DNA of 64,000 nt, from assembly GCA_903884535.1 (NCBI GenBank), contig CAISEZ010000018.1:9482-73481 (forward strand). Direction: 5' to 3'. Source of the stretch: an uncultured Verrucomicrobia subdivision 3 bacterium (GTDB lineage: Bacteria; Verrucomicrobiota; Verrucomicrobiia; Limisphaerales; UBA11358). A program made the position numbers and the translations under genes. The first letter of the stretch is position 1; every line of letters starts with the position of its first letter. The notes beneath the pieces are model-generated. The model had not been told where the DNA came from. It did not search any database and saw only the letters and a list, made by a program, of their open reading frames with translations. Shown one piece after another: positions 8,239 through 17,035 of this stretch.

Positions 8239-9666
8239 ATGAAAACAAAAAACTTCATCCTCGGCTTCGTTTCTGCCTTCTGCCTTCTGCCTTCTGCATT
8301 CACTCACGCCGCCACGACCATCAGCGCCGTGAACCGTTATGCCTATGCCGCGAATCTCGGCTGGATGGACTGGCGCGGCGACACCAACAACGGTGCCGTC
8401 ATTAATGCGACCTATTGTTCCGGCTCAATCTATGCCGCCAACGTCGGCTGGATCAGTTTAGGCGCCGGCACGCCCACCAATGGCGTGCAATACCAGAACC
8501 TTTCCGCCAATGACTACGGCGTGAACGTGGATGCCTTCGGCAACCTGCGCGGCTTTGCCTACGGCGCAAATATCGGCTGGATCAATTTTGAGACCAACGG
8601 CGCGGCCGCCGTGGATTTCGGCTCCGGCAACCTGACTGGTTATGCCTACGGCGTGAACGTCGGCTGGATCAGCTTGAGCAACGCCGTGGCCTATGTGCAA
8701 ACCGCGCCGCTGGCTCCGCCCAACGACCTCTGCGCCGGGGCCATTGCGCTCACCAACGGTGCCAGCTATGCCATGAGCACGGTGACCGCCACCACCAATG
8801 GCGATCCGACGTTGCCATGCCTCACCCTCTTTGGCAAAGGCGTCTGGTTCACTTACACGCCGTTGCTCACCGGCAATGTCACCATTAGCACTTGCGGCAG
8901 CAGTTTTGACACCGCGATGGCGGTTTATACCGGCACTTGCGGCGCCATGACCGCAGTTGCTTGCGATGATGATAATGGTCCTTCCTGTTCCGGCGTCAAC
9001 GCCAGCGTGACCTTCTCCGGCACGGCGGGTGTAACTTACTCCATTCTGGCGGGCGGCTATAATTCGGCCAACGGCAACTTGAGCATCGTCGCCACTTCGC
9101 CTTCCAACGACCAGTGCGCCGGTGCCTTGGCCCTCGCGGACGGCGTGCCGTTCACGATGGGCACGACCAACGCCACTTCCACCGGCGATCCATCGCCAGC
9201 CTGCGTGGGCAGTTTTGGCAAGGGCGTCTGGTTCACCTACACGGCCCCGGCCAGCGGCGACGTGTATATCAGCACCTGTGGCAGCAGTTATGACACCGCG
9301 ATGGGAGTTTACACCGGCGGTTGCGGCGCGTTGAGCCAAATTGCCTGCAATGATGACAGCGGACCGAATTGCGCGAGTTTGCAGGCCAGCGTGCATCTGG
9401 TCGCCACCGGCGGGACTACCTACTACATCCTTGCGGGAGGTTATGGCAGCAGCAGCGGCCTTCTAACCGTCGAGGCCTATCTTGTGCCGGCGCTCAATGT
9501 CATTGGCTCGGCCGGCACCCTGACAGTCACCTGGCCCGGCAATGGCACCTTGCAGTCCGCCACGAATCTGCTCCCGGTAATCAACTGGACCGATTTAACG
9601 AATGGCGGCGGCCTCTGGTCCGAACCCATGACCAACCCGGCGAAATTCTTCCGCATTAAAAAATAG
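8239..9666 (+). CDS. secreted protein with four GW(I/M) repeats, two Cys-rich ~135-aa modules and an FFR C-terminal module
   Basis: 475 aa with signal peptide SAFCLLPSAFTHA. Repeats are ANLGWMDW, ANVGWISL, ANIGWINF and VNVGWISL. Two duplicated modules read ND.CAGA..L....T.AT..GDP...C...FGKGVWFTYT..G.V.ISTCGSS.DTAM.VYTG.CGA....AC.DD.GP.C. Confidence 0.8.
   Translation: MKTKNFILGFVSAFCLLPSAFTHAATTISAVNRYAYAANLGWMDWRGDTNNGAVINATYCSGSIYAANVGWISLGAGTPTNGVQYQNLSANDYGVNVDAFGNLRGFAYGANIGWINFETNGAAAVDFGSGNLTGYAYGVNVGWISLSNAVAYVQTAPLAPPNDLCAGAIALTNGASYAMSTVTATTNGDPTLPCLTLFGKGVWFTYTPLLTGNVTISTCGSSFDTAMAVYTGTCGAMTAVACDDDNGPSCSGVNASVTFSGTAGVTYSILAGGYNSANGNLSIVATSPSNDQCAGALALADGVPFTMGTTNATSTGDPSPACVGSFGKGVWFTYTAPASGDVYISTCGSSYDTAMGVYTGGCGALSQIACNDDSGPNCASLQASVHLVATGGTTYYILAGGYGSSSGLLTVEAYLVPALNVIGSAGTLTVTWPGNGTLQSATNLLPVINWTDLTNGGGLWSEPMTNPAKFFRIKK
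8271..8298 (+). repeat. (TTCTGCC)x3 + TTCTGCA heptanucleotide tandem repeat
   Basis: Read directly. It is the same unit and the same left flank (CGTTTCTGCC) as 3821..3848. Confidence 0.9.
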
Positions 9667-9776
9667 GCGACAAGAATGCTGGTTTGGCTGTCGGCTTGTA
9701 AAGAAATCCACCTGGCAGAAATGACCAACTTCGAGTTCACTCATGTCCGCGTTGTATTGTCGCTGTCCAATCGAGT

Positions 9777-10922
9777 ATGCTGCGGCACATGATTCATGAT
9801 GTTCAAGCCATCGCGGCGGAAGTGATTCGGAAAACCGGCAAGGACAAGCCGGCGGACGCGGCGTTGCGCGAGGTGCTCAAGCAGATCAAAGATCTCGCGC
9901 CCTTCGACGCAACGGAAATCGCCAAGACCGTTTTTCTGTATTACCGTTGGCACGTTTGGTTGCGCGAAGAACGCGGCGTGGAAAACAAGATGCGTTTTGC
10001 CATCCGCTTGAACCAACGCTTTCAGGCGAACAACGCCAGTGTGCCCATCGCCGAGCTACGCGCCAATGCCGTGCCCGTGTGGACAGCGTCGGAAATGGAC
10101 GTCACCGATGAATGGTTGCTCACCTTGCAACGCGAACCGAAATTGTGGCTGCGCGCCAAACGCGGCACGGCGGACTCGCTGGCACGGACGCTGTTCGCGG
10201 CGGATGTGAGTCCGCTGCTGCCGGAGGCAATTTTGTATCGTGGCGAGGAAGATTTGTTTAAGACGCCGGAATTTCACGCGGGCGAATTTGAAATCCAAGA
10301 CATCGCATCGCAACTGGTGGGCATGCTCTGCGCGCCGCAGCCGGGCGAGACGTGGTGGGACACGTGCGCCGGCGAAGGCGGTAAGACGCTCCACCTGTCC
10401 GACCTGATGCAAAACAAAGGTATGCTCTGGGCCAGCGACCGCGCGGAATGGCGGCTGACCAAGCTCAAGCGCCGGGCCGGGCGGGCGAAAGTTTTCAATT
10501 ATCGGTCGGCGCACTGGGACGGTGGCGCGAAGTTACCGACAAAAACAAAGTTTGACGGCGTGCTCGTGGATGCGCCGTGCAGTGGCATCGGCACGTGGCA
10601 GCGCAATCCGCAGGCGCGCTGGACCACCGAGCCGAACGATGTGCGCGAGCTTTCTGCAATTCAAAAAAAACTTTTGGCCAATGTTGCGCCGAGTTTGAAG
10701 CCAGGTGGTAAATTGATTTATTCCGTGTGCACGCTGACGCGCGCTGAATCCACGGAAGTCGTGGACGATTTCAATTCAAAGTTCGCGGCAGAATTTGAGC
10801 CGATGGAACTGGCGGCGACCGCTTCTGGCGGTCAGCAGACTGACGCCACAAAAACGATCTGGCCGCAAGATTTGGGCGGGAACGGAATGTTTATCGCGGG
10901 TTGGCGGCGGAAGAAAATTTAG
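9777..10922 (+). CDS. RsmB/NOP2/Sun-family RNA (cytosine-C5) methyltransferase
   Basis: 381 aa. Motifs WWDTCAGEGGKT, DAPCSGIGTWQRNPQARW and YSVCTL are typical of the family. Confidence 0.8.
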   Translation: MLRHMIHDVQAIAAEVIRKTGKDKPADAALREVLKQIKDLAPFDATEIAKTVFLYYRWHVWLREERGVENKMRFAIRLNQRFQANNASVPIAELRANAVPVWTASEMDVTDEWLLTLQREPKLWLRAKRGTADSLARTLFAADVSPLLPEAILYRGEEDLFKTPEFHAGEFEIQDIASQLVGMLCAPQPGETWWDTCAGEGGKTLHLSDLMQNKGMLWASDRAEWRLTKLKRRAGRAKVFNYRSAHWDGGAKLPTKTKFDGVLVDAPCSGIGTWQRNPQARWTTEPNDVRELSAIQKKLLANVAPSLKPGGKLIYSVCTLTRAESTEVVDDFNSKFAAEFEPMELAATASGGQQTDATKTIWPQDLGGNGMFIAGWRRKKI

Positions 10923-11728
10923 CGCGCCGATTCCAAAATCTTGGCGAGGATTTTTTGGATGTCCTCGTTGTGTTGTTGCGATGCTTTGCCAAAGGCTTGA
11001 ACAATGTCGAGCAGGAACCCGGCATTGGCGGAGTTGAATTCGTAGAGCACAGTTTCCTTGGACTTCGCTTTCGCGGGCGGGCGCGGCGTTCCATCCGGCA
11101 ACAAAACGTCCGTCATGGGGATGCAAACGTAAACCATCGCCTGATAACCGACCGCGCGCTGCTTTTGCTTGAGCTGAATTTGCACCGAGCCGTGCGGCGT
11201 GGTTTTGGTGAATTGCGGCAACCGCTGCACCACACTTTGAAATCCATCTGCCGACGAATTGGTCGAAACCTCGACTTGCACGGGCTGGCTTTCTTCAAAT
11301 TCGGCCGGCCGAATTTTTTTTAATGCCTCGATTTCATGAAGCAGGTCGTTGGTCGAAATCAGTCCCAGCCGGACCGCTTCAAAAATGATCTTCGAAAGTT
11401 CGTGACCGTATTTGGTTTCGCCTTTGCGTGTGAACTTGATTTCGGGAACATCCGTGATGTCCTTCGCGTCGGGCGTGTCGTAACCGATCTGCCATTCGAG
11501 GTAATGCTTTCTACCGAGTGAAACTTTTGACGGCGCAACCGGAATGCCGAAACCGTCCACAGTTTTTTCCTTCACGCGCACCTTGCCGGTCACGTCGGTG
11601 AGCGGCAGACGAACGCGCACGGCGTTGGTCAGCGTTTCAACGCGGACGAGTTTGTATTCCGCATCGGCGCAAAACGCACGAAACGTCAGGCAAAACAAGG
11701 CGAACAGAATGACGAAATTCTTTCGCAT
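10919..11728 (-). CDS. hypothetical secreted protein
   Basis: The internal ATG at 11728 gives MRKNFVILFALFCLTFRAFC-ADAE, a signal peptide. I recognise no family. Confidence 0.55.
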   Translation of the reverse strand: MRKNFVILFALFCLTFRAFCADAEYKLVRVETLTNAVRVRLPLTDVTGKVRVKEKTVDGFGIPVAPSKVSLGRKHYLEWQIGYDTPDAKDITDVPEIKFTRKGETKYGHELSKIIFEAVRLGLISTNDLLHEIEALKKIRPAEFEESQPVQVEVSTNSSADGFQSVVQRLPQFTKTTPHGSVQIQLKQKQRAVGYQAMVYVCIPMTDVLLPDGTPRPPAKAKSKETVLYEFNSANAGFLLDIVQAFGKASQQHNEDIQKILAKILESAR

Positions 11729-11738
11729 GGCAAAAACG

Positions 11739-14288
11739 TCAACTTTCCGGTCGCACGATGGAAATGACCAGCGCGTCGGACTTGAGATATTTTTGTGCGG
11801 CGGCTTTGGCCTGTTCGAGCGTGACAGCTTCGTATTTCGCGTCGTCGAGGTCGCCGTGCTGCCAGCCCAAGCCGTAAAGTTCATCCAGCGCGCTCGTGGT
11901 CGCGAGGTTGCCGAGATCCTGCCGGGAAATTTTTTTCTGGCCGATGATTTTTGCCTTGGCGCGCTTTAATTCCTCGGCCGTCAAACCTTCCGTGCGCAAC
12001 AGTTTCGCTTCTTTGAGCAATTCCGTTTCCACCTGCGCGGCCTTGGTCGGCTCCGTGCCGGTGTAAAACGCAAAATAACCGGGCATCAGGCCGGCGAAAT
12101 TCTGCGCGCCGACGTAATACGCCAACCCAAGCTGGTCGCGGATGCGCAAAAACAGCCGCGAGCCTAGGTCGCTGCAGCATTCCTGCAAAATATCCAGCGC
12201 ATAGCGGTCGTCGCTGTGCAGCGTCGTGCCGGGAAAACCTATGACCAGCACCGCCTGTTTTTTGTCGCGGACTTCGTGAACGCGTTGGACTGAGTTGATG
12301 ACCGGCATTTTATGATGCTCGGTTTTTGTCCCACCCGGATTCGCCTTCCAATTGCGGAACGCTTTTTCCACGGCGGCTTTCACGTCTGCCACCTTCACGT
12401 CGCCAAAAATCGCCAGCACGCAATTATTCGGCACGGCAAATTTTTGGTGAAATTCTTTCAAGTCCGCCGGCGTTAACTTCGTGATGGTTTCTTCCGTGCC
12501 AAGGGAATCGAGGCCGTAACCAATATTGCCAAACAAGGCACGGCGCATCGCCAGGCTGGCGCTCTTGAGCAACTCATCCTTGCGCGCCTGAATGCTCGCG
12601 ACCTGCAACTCGATCTCGCGTTCCAGCTCGTCGGCGGGGAAAACCGGATTCAAGATGACGTCCGCCAGCAGGCCGAGGCCAGTGGCGAAATCGCTGCTCA
12701 ACACTTCCGCGTTCACACCAAAACTATTGTTGCCGCCGTAGCTGTCAATGTGGCCGCCGACCGATTCGATTTCCGTCGCAATCTTTTCCGCATCGCGTGT
12801 CGTGGTGCCTTTGATGAGCAACTTGGCCAGCAGCATCGTCGCGCCGTTGTTCGCCGCCGTCTCGGCGAGAACGCCGCCCTGAAACACCGCGCGAAATTCC
12901 ACAAACGGCAGGCGAGAATCTTCCTTCACGAGCAGTTTCAAGCCATTCGGCAGTTCGATTTTCTGAATGGCATTGTCCGTATTCGTCTCGACGTTCGCCT
13001 TGGCTTTGGGCGCGCTGTCCTTCGGCAAGAGCGCGTAAAGCGTGCGGTTTTCCGCCGTGAGATACTGCCGCGCGACGCGCTGCACATCCGCGCTGGTGAT
13101 GCGCTTGACGGCGGCGAGATAGCGCTCGGAAAAATTCAGATCATTTGCGGCGAGCCAGTTGCCGCCGAGATTTTGCGCCTGACCTTCCATCGTCTTGCGC
13201 GACGACAACGTGGCGGAAACAAATTGTTTCAGCGCCTTTTGTAATTCGTCGGACGTGATCGAATGGGTTTGGATTTTAACAATCTCCGCCAGCATTGCGT
13301 CGCAGGCCGTTTCGAATTTGTCGCCATCCGCGACCGCACTCATGCCAAACAAGCCCGAGCTGCCGGGATTGTAAGTCCACGCGTCCACATGATGCACCAC
13401 GCCAAGTTTCTCGCGCACATTTTGGAACAGGCGCGAACTGCGACCGCTGCCGAGCAGCACGGCCAGCACGTCGAGAATCGGCACGTCGGCATGCCGCAGC
13501 TCCGGGATGTGCCACGCGAAATGAAAATGTCCCATCTCAATCGCGGCTTCCTCAATGATTTCGCGCGCCGCGGTCTGCTTCGGTTCCAGCGGCAAAACGA
13601 CCGGCGGCATCGCTCGCGCTTTGGTGTTCGCGTAAGATTTCTTGATTTGCGCTACGACGTCATCGTTCTTCACATCCCCAGCGACGACGTAAAAGACATT
13701 GTTCGGCGCATATTTTTCCGTGTAATAATCGCGGATGTCCGCCGGCTTGAGTTCGTTGAAAATGTCGAGGTAGCCAATTATCGTAAAGCGATACGGACTT
13801 TTCGTGTAGGCGACTTCAAACAGGCGGCGGCTGGCGCGGCGGCTGGGATCGTCCTGACCCATGTCCATTTCGCGGCGGATCACGTCGAGTTCCTTCGCCA
13901 GTTCCTCCGGCGGCAAGGACGCGTGCTGCATGATGTCGCACAAAATATCAATTGCCGTCGTTGCGCCGGTGTTCGGCACATCAATGTGATACACTGTGCG
14001 GTCAAAGCTCGTGTAGGCGTTCATGTAACCGCCGGCTTCCTGCACTTCCTGGTCAATGCGGCTGCCGGGGCGCGTCGTCGTGCCCTTGAACAGCATGTGT
14101 TCCAACACGTGCGAGAGCCCGGCGCCGAGCCATTTATCCTCGTGAATGCTGCCGGCCATCGCCCACGCCTGAGCTGATACGACCGGCGCGCTGTGATCTT
14201 CGCGCACAATAATAATCAGGCCGTTGTCGAGCGTCGTGAGTTTGACGCCGGGCGGGACGGACGGGATGCTGGTAAAATCTTTTGTCAT
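11739..14288 (-). CDS. M16 (pitrilysin/insulinase) family zinc peptidase, double-unit
   Basis: 849 aa. It has the HxxEH motif (LSHVLEHMLFKGT) and two M16 active/inactive repeats. Confidence 0.9.
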   Translation of the reverse strand: MTKDFTSIPSVPPGVKLTTLDNGLIIIVREDHSAPVVSAQAWAMAGSIHEDKWLGAGLSHVLEHMLFKGTTTRPGSRIDQEVQEAGGYMNAYTSFDRTVYHIDVPNTGATTAIDILCDIMQHASLPPEELAKELDVIRREMDMGQDDPSRRASRRLFEVAYTKSPYRFTIIGYLDIFNELKPADIRDYYTEKYAPNNVFYVVAGDVKNDDVVAQIKKSYANTKARAMPPVVLPLEPKQTAAREIIEEAAIEMGHFHFAWHIPELRHADVPILDVLAVLLGSGRSSRLFQNVREKLGVVHHVDAWTYNPGSSGLFGMSAVADGDKFETACDAMLAEIVKIQTHSITSDELQKALKQFVSATLSSRKTMEGQAQNLGGNWLAANDLNFSERYLAAVKRITSADVQRVARQYLTAENRTLYALLPKDSAPKAKANVETNTDNAIQKIELPNGLKLLVKEDSRLPFVEFRAVFQGGVLAETAANNGATMLLAKLLIKGTTTRDAEKIATEIESVGGHIDSYGGNNSFGVNAEVLSSDFATGLGLLADVILNPVFPADELEREIELQVASIQARKDELLKSASLAMRRALFGNIGYGLDSLGTEETITKLTPADLKEFHQKFAVPNNCVLAIFGDVKVADVKAAVEKAFRNWKANPGGTKTEHHKMPVINSVQRVHEVRDKKQAVLVIGFPGTTLHSDDRYALDILQECCSDLGSRLFLRIRDQLGLAYYVGAQNFAGLMPGYFAFYTGTEPTKAAQVETELLKEAKLLRTEGLTAEELKRAKAKIIGQKKISRQDLGNLATTSALDELYGLGWQHGDLDDAKYEAVTLEQAKAAAQKYLKSDALVISIVRPES

Positions 14289-14512
14289 TACGAATAGATG
14301 TCGAACCGGAAGAATAATCGGAAATGAGTTCGGGGCAAACCAATTTGGATCTCTAACTGCCTCCGAACTGATCCAGCCAAAAATTTGTCGCGGACAATTC
14401 CGAATTGGATTTGTTACATTTTAACTATGCCCATTTTCCCGGTTGAATATTTCAAAAAATAATCGGCGCACCGGCTTGCGGCAACCGGCGCGGTCGTCTA
14501 ATTTTTTCCTGA

Positions 14513-15145
14513 TTGAAGAAACCCGGCCGACCGGACATTCCGCGTAAAACGATTTATCGCCTGTCGATTTATCTGCGCTGTCTCGCGCGCCTGCGCGAGA
14601 ACGGCATCGGCACCGTATCCAGCGAGGCCCTGGCCAAGGCCGCCGGTGTCAAGCCCACCCAGCTTCGCAAAGACCTCGCTTACTTCGGCACGTTCGGCAC
14701 GCGTGGCCTCGGCTACGAAGTGGCCGAACTCACCAAAAAAATCGCCGACGAACTCGGCACCTCGCGCTTTCAACCGGTCATCCTCGTTGGCGTCGGCAAC
14801 CTCGGCCTGGCGCTGCTGTCCTATCGCGGTTTTGAAAAAGAGGGTTTCGAAATCGTCGCCACCTTCGACAGCGATCCCCGCCGCAAACGCGACAAGGAAA
14901 TCAAACAGCCGATTTTTGGCATGGACGCCCTGCCCCAGTTCATCCGCGAACACAATGTCCGCATGGCCATCCTGTCCGTGCCTGCCACGGTCGCCCAGGA
15001 AGTCGCCAACACGCTCATTGATTGCGGCGTCATGGGCATCTTAAATTTTGCGCCGATCGTTTTGTCGGTGCCCGAAGACGTGATGATCAACAACGTCAAC
15101 CTCGCCATCGAACTTGAGAATTTAAGCTATTTTATTCAGGGTTAA
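14513..15145 (+). CDS. rex: redox-sensing transcriptional repressor Rex
   Basis: 210 aa. IPRKTIYRLSIYLRCL is followed by a Rossmann motif VILVGVGNLG. The apparent start codon is TTG. Confidence 0.85.
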   Translation: MKKPGRPDIPRKTIYRLSIYLRCLARLRENGIGTVSSEALAKAAGVKPTQLRKDLAYFGTFGTRGLGYEVAELTKKIADELGTSRFQPVILVGVGNLGLALLSYRGFEKEGFEIVATFDSDPRRKRDKEIKQPIFGMDALPQFIREHNVRMAILSVPATVAQEVANTLIDCGVMGILNFAPIVLSVPEDVMINNVNLAIELENLSYFIQG

Positions 15146-15563
15146 GACATTTGCGGTGAATTGGTTAAAAAGAAAAGAGCCGGCTGCCGTTCCATCTTCA
15201 TATTCTTTTCAAACTAATTCTCTAGCCCTTCAAATCGTGTTTTTGTCGGAATAGCTTACAACACGTTTTATCAGGACGCCGGCAGCCAAACGACAAAAAC
15301 ATAAATAGTGGCTATAAACAAAGGATTTTATGATTTAATCACCGTTCATTTCCGTCAGATTCATCGCGGTAAAATCATTTTCACAGAAGCTTTTAATGTC
15401 GGAGATCCTTACACCCCCCTAGGCCCGAGAAAATAAAAAACAACAATTTAAATAATTATATAATGCTTAAAAATAGCACCTTACAATGATTACACTCAAA
15501 TATTTTAAGGTGGCATTTCAACTGCTTGAGAGATGGAGGAATCGATCCATTCCGAATCAAAAT

Positions 15564-16094
15564 ATGAAAAAAATTATTTTAGCAATCACGCTGGCGCTCG
15601 GTGTCAACACCCTCGTCCATGCCACCACTTGCAATTTATTCAGCAGTGTCAATTGCAACAGCAGCTACACCTGTAGCCTGCCAACCAGTTCCTGGACTGG
15701 TCAGCAAGTCACGAGTTGCACGTTTAACTTCAACTCCTGCTCGCTGACTTCCGGCGGATCTGGTTACCTGTATTGCCAATTGATTGCGCCGAACAATTCC
15801 ACCTGCACCGTGGGCCAGAATAATGGGCCGACGCAAAGCTGGACCTGCACCTTGAACTCGACGGGGCTCAACTATTTGAATAATTGCCTGACCTCGGGCA
15901 CCTGCGATTTCGGCATCGGTTGCCTTGGAAACTGGAACATTGGCAATTGCTCCGTCGACTACACCTGCTCACCCGGCACCAAAGGCCAGTCAGTTCCGGA
16001 TCTGGCCACGACGGCATTTTTGCTCGGTTTGAGCCTGACCGGACTGGAACTGGTTCGCCGCAAATTGGTGCCCGCCGCCGCCGTTGTAAGCTAA
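15564..16094 (+). CDS. Cys/Ser/Thr/Asn-rich secreted protein with a PEP-CTERM-like tail
   Basis: ATG 15564 opens MKKIILAITLALGVNTLVHA. There are about 16 Cys. The C-terminus is VPDLATTAFLLGLSLTGLELVRRK (VPD, TM helix, basic), and the codon usage is AT-rich. Confidence 0.65.
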   Translation: MKKIILAITLALGVNTLVHATTCNLFSSVNCNSSYTCSLPTSSWTGQQVTSCTFNFNSCSLTSGGSGYLYCQLIAPNNSTCTVGQNNGPTQSWTCTLNSTGLNYLNNCLTSGTCDFGIGCLGNWNIGNCSVDYTCSPGTKGQSVPDLATTAFLLGLSLTGLELVRRKLVPAAAVVS

Positions 16095-16119
16095 ACAAAC
16101 GCCAACCCAAAACTTGTTC

Positions 16120-16155
16120 AAATGCCGATGATTCAATTCATCGGCATTTTTCTCT
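16120..16155 (+). terminator. rho-independent terminator
   Basis: A 12-bp perfect stem (AAATGCCGATGA / TCATCGGCATTT) with a 6-nt loop runs into a T-tract. It lies 26 nt after the stop codon. Confidence 0.65.
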
Positions 16156-16251
16156 GCCGACTGAGCGAGCCGAGGCGAAAAATGCTCCCAGCATCGAATT
16201 CAAAAAAAACAATCCGTTTCATTATCAAACGTGAATGCGCTCGCCGGCGAA

Positions 16252-16941
16252 TTAACGGGCACAGCAACCGGCGGGAACTCCGGCCACCAGCGACGGACTG
16301 ACGAAAGGTATGCCCAGCGCCAAGCCACGCAAGATCAGCAACCCGGCCAGCAAGCAGACCCCGATAGGAATCACGCTCCTTAGTCTCAATCGGAATGCGA
16401 GCGGAAATAATCTGCCCGAAAGGCTGATGCCCAGCATGGTTGGCAGCGTGCCGAGGCCAAACACGGCCATATATAAAACGCCCTTAATCATTGCGCCCTG
16501 CGCCACTGCACCGGTCAGCGCGACATAGACCAGACCGCACGGCAGCAAACCATTCAACAAGCCGAGCAGCGCAAGCGAATGAAAGCTGCGCTGCCGCAAT
16601 TGCACGGACATAGCCACCTTCAAGCGCGCCACAAACCGCACGACGGACGCGGACAGGGAAACTTTTTTTGACACGAGAAATCCCAGCAGAATCACCACGC
16701 CAAGCGCGATGGACAACGATCGTTGTAGGCCGGCCAGAAAAATAGATTTACCGACGAGTCCAGCCACGACACCCAGCAGGCAGTAAGTCGCCACGCGGCC
16801 GAGCTGGTAAATGATTCGCCCCACCACGAATCTCGCCGGACCGCCCGCCGGCACCGGCAACGCCAGCATCAGCGGCCCGCACATGGCAGCGCAGTGCAGA
16901 CTGCCGAGCAGACCAAGTGCAAAGGCGATCCCGTAGTCCAT
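16252..16941 (-). CDS. TauE/SafE-like membrane protein of cbb3 clusters (HCxxMCGP motif)
   Basis: It begins MDYGIAFALGLLGSLHCAAMCGPL and has multiple TM helices. The ATG at 16941 is preferred over the TTG at 16965. Confidence 0.7.
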   Translation of the reverse strand: MDYGIAFALGLLGSLHCAAMCGPLMLALPVPAGGPARFVVGRIIYQLGRVATYCLLGVVAGLVGKSIFLAGLQRSLSIALGVVILLGFLVSKKVSLSASVVRFVARLKVAMSVQLRQRSFHSLALLGLLNGLLPCGLVYVALTGAVAQGAMIKGVLYMAVFGLGTLPTMLGISLSGRLFPLAFRLRLRSVIPIGVCLLAGLLILRGLALGIPFVSPSLVAGVPAGCCAR

Positions 16942-16946
16942 ATTTT

Positions 16947-17034
16947 TTAACCACGAAAAAAACAATCTACACGAAAAACATCCAACCAGCTTACCTCGGG
17001 AATTCTTTCGTGTGTTGGGTGTATTTCGTGAGGC
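16947..17034. repeat. CACGAAA-box palindromic intergenic element
   Basis: Two CACGAAA boxes (16952, 16970) face two TTTCGTG boxes (17006, 17024) with symmetric 11-nt spacers. Confidence 0.6.
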
Positions 17035-17035
17035 A

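Noticed and set aside
1-9666. Prophage or tail-fibre module, suggested by the tail-fibre-like neck motif and beta-helix cores.
   Set aside because: No capsid, portal, terminase, baseplate, integrase or lysis genes are present. All members carry Sec-type signal peptides and form a cellular paralog array.
14466-14510. A GC hairpin followed by a T6 run just upstream of the rex start, as a terminator or attenuator.
   Set aside because: The stem is short and interrupted (4+3 bp). The T-run is 8 nt away from the stem, and there is no upstream + strand gene to terminate.
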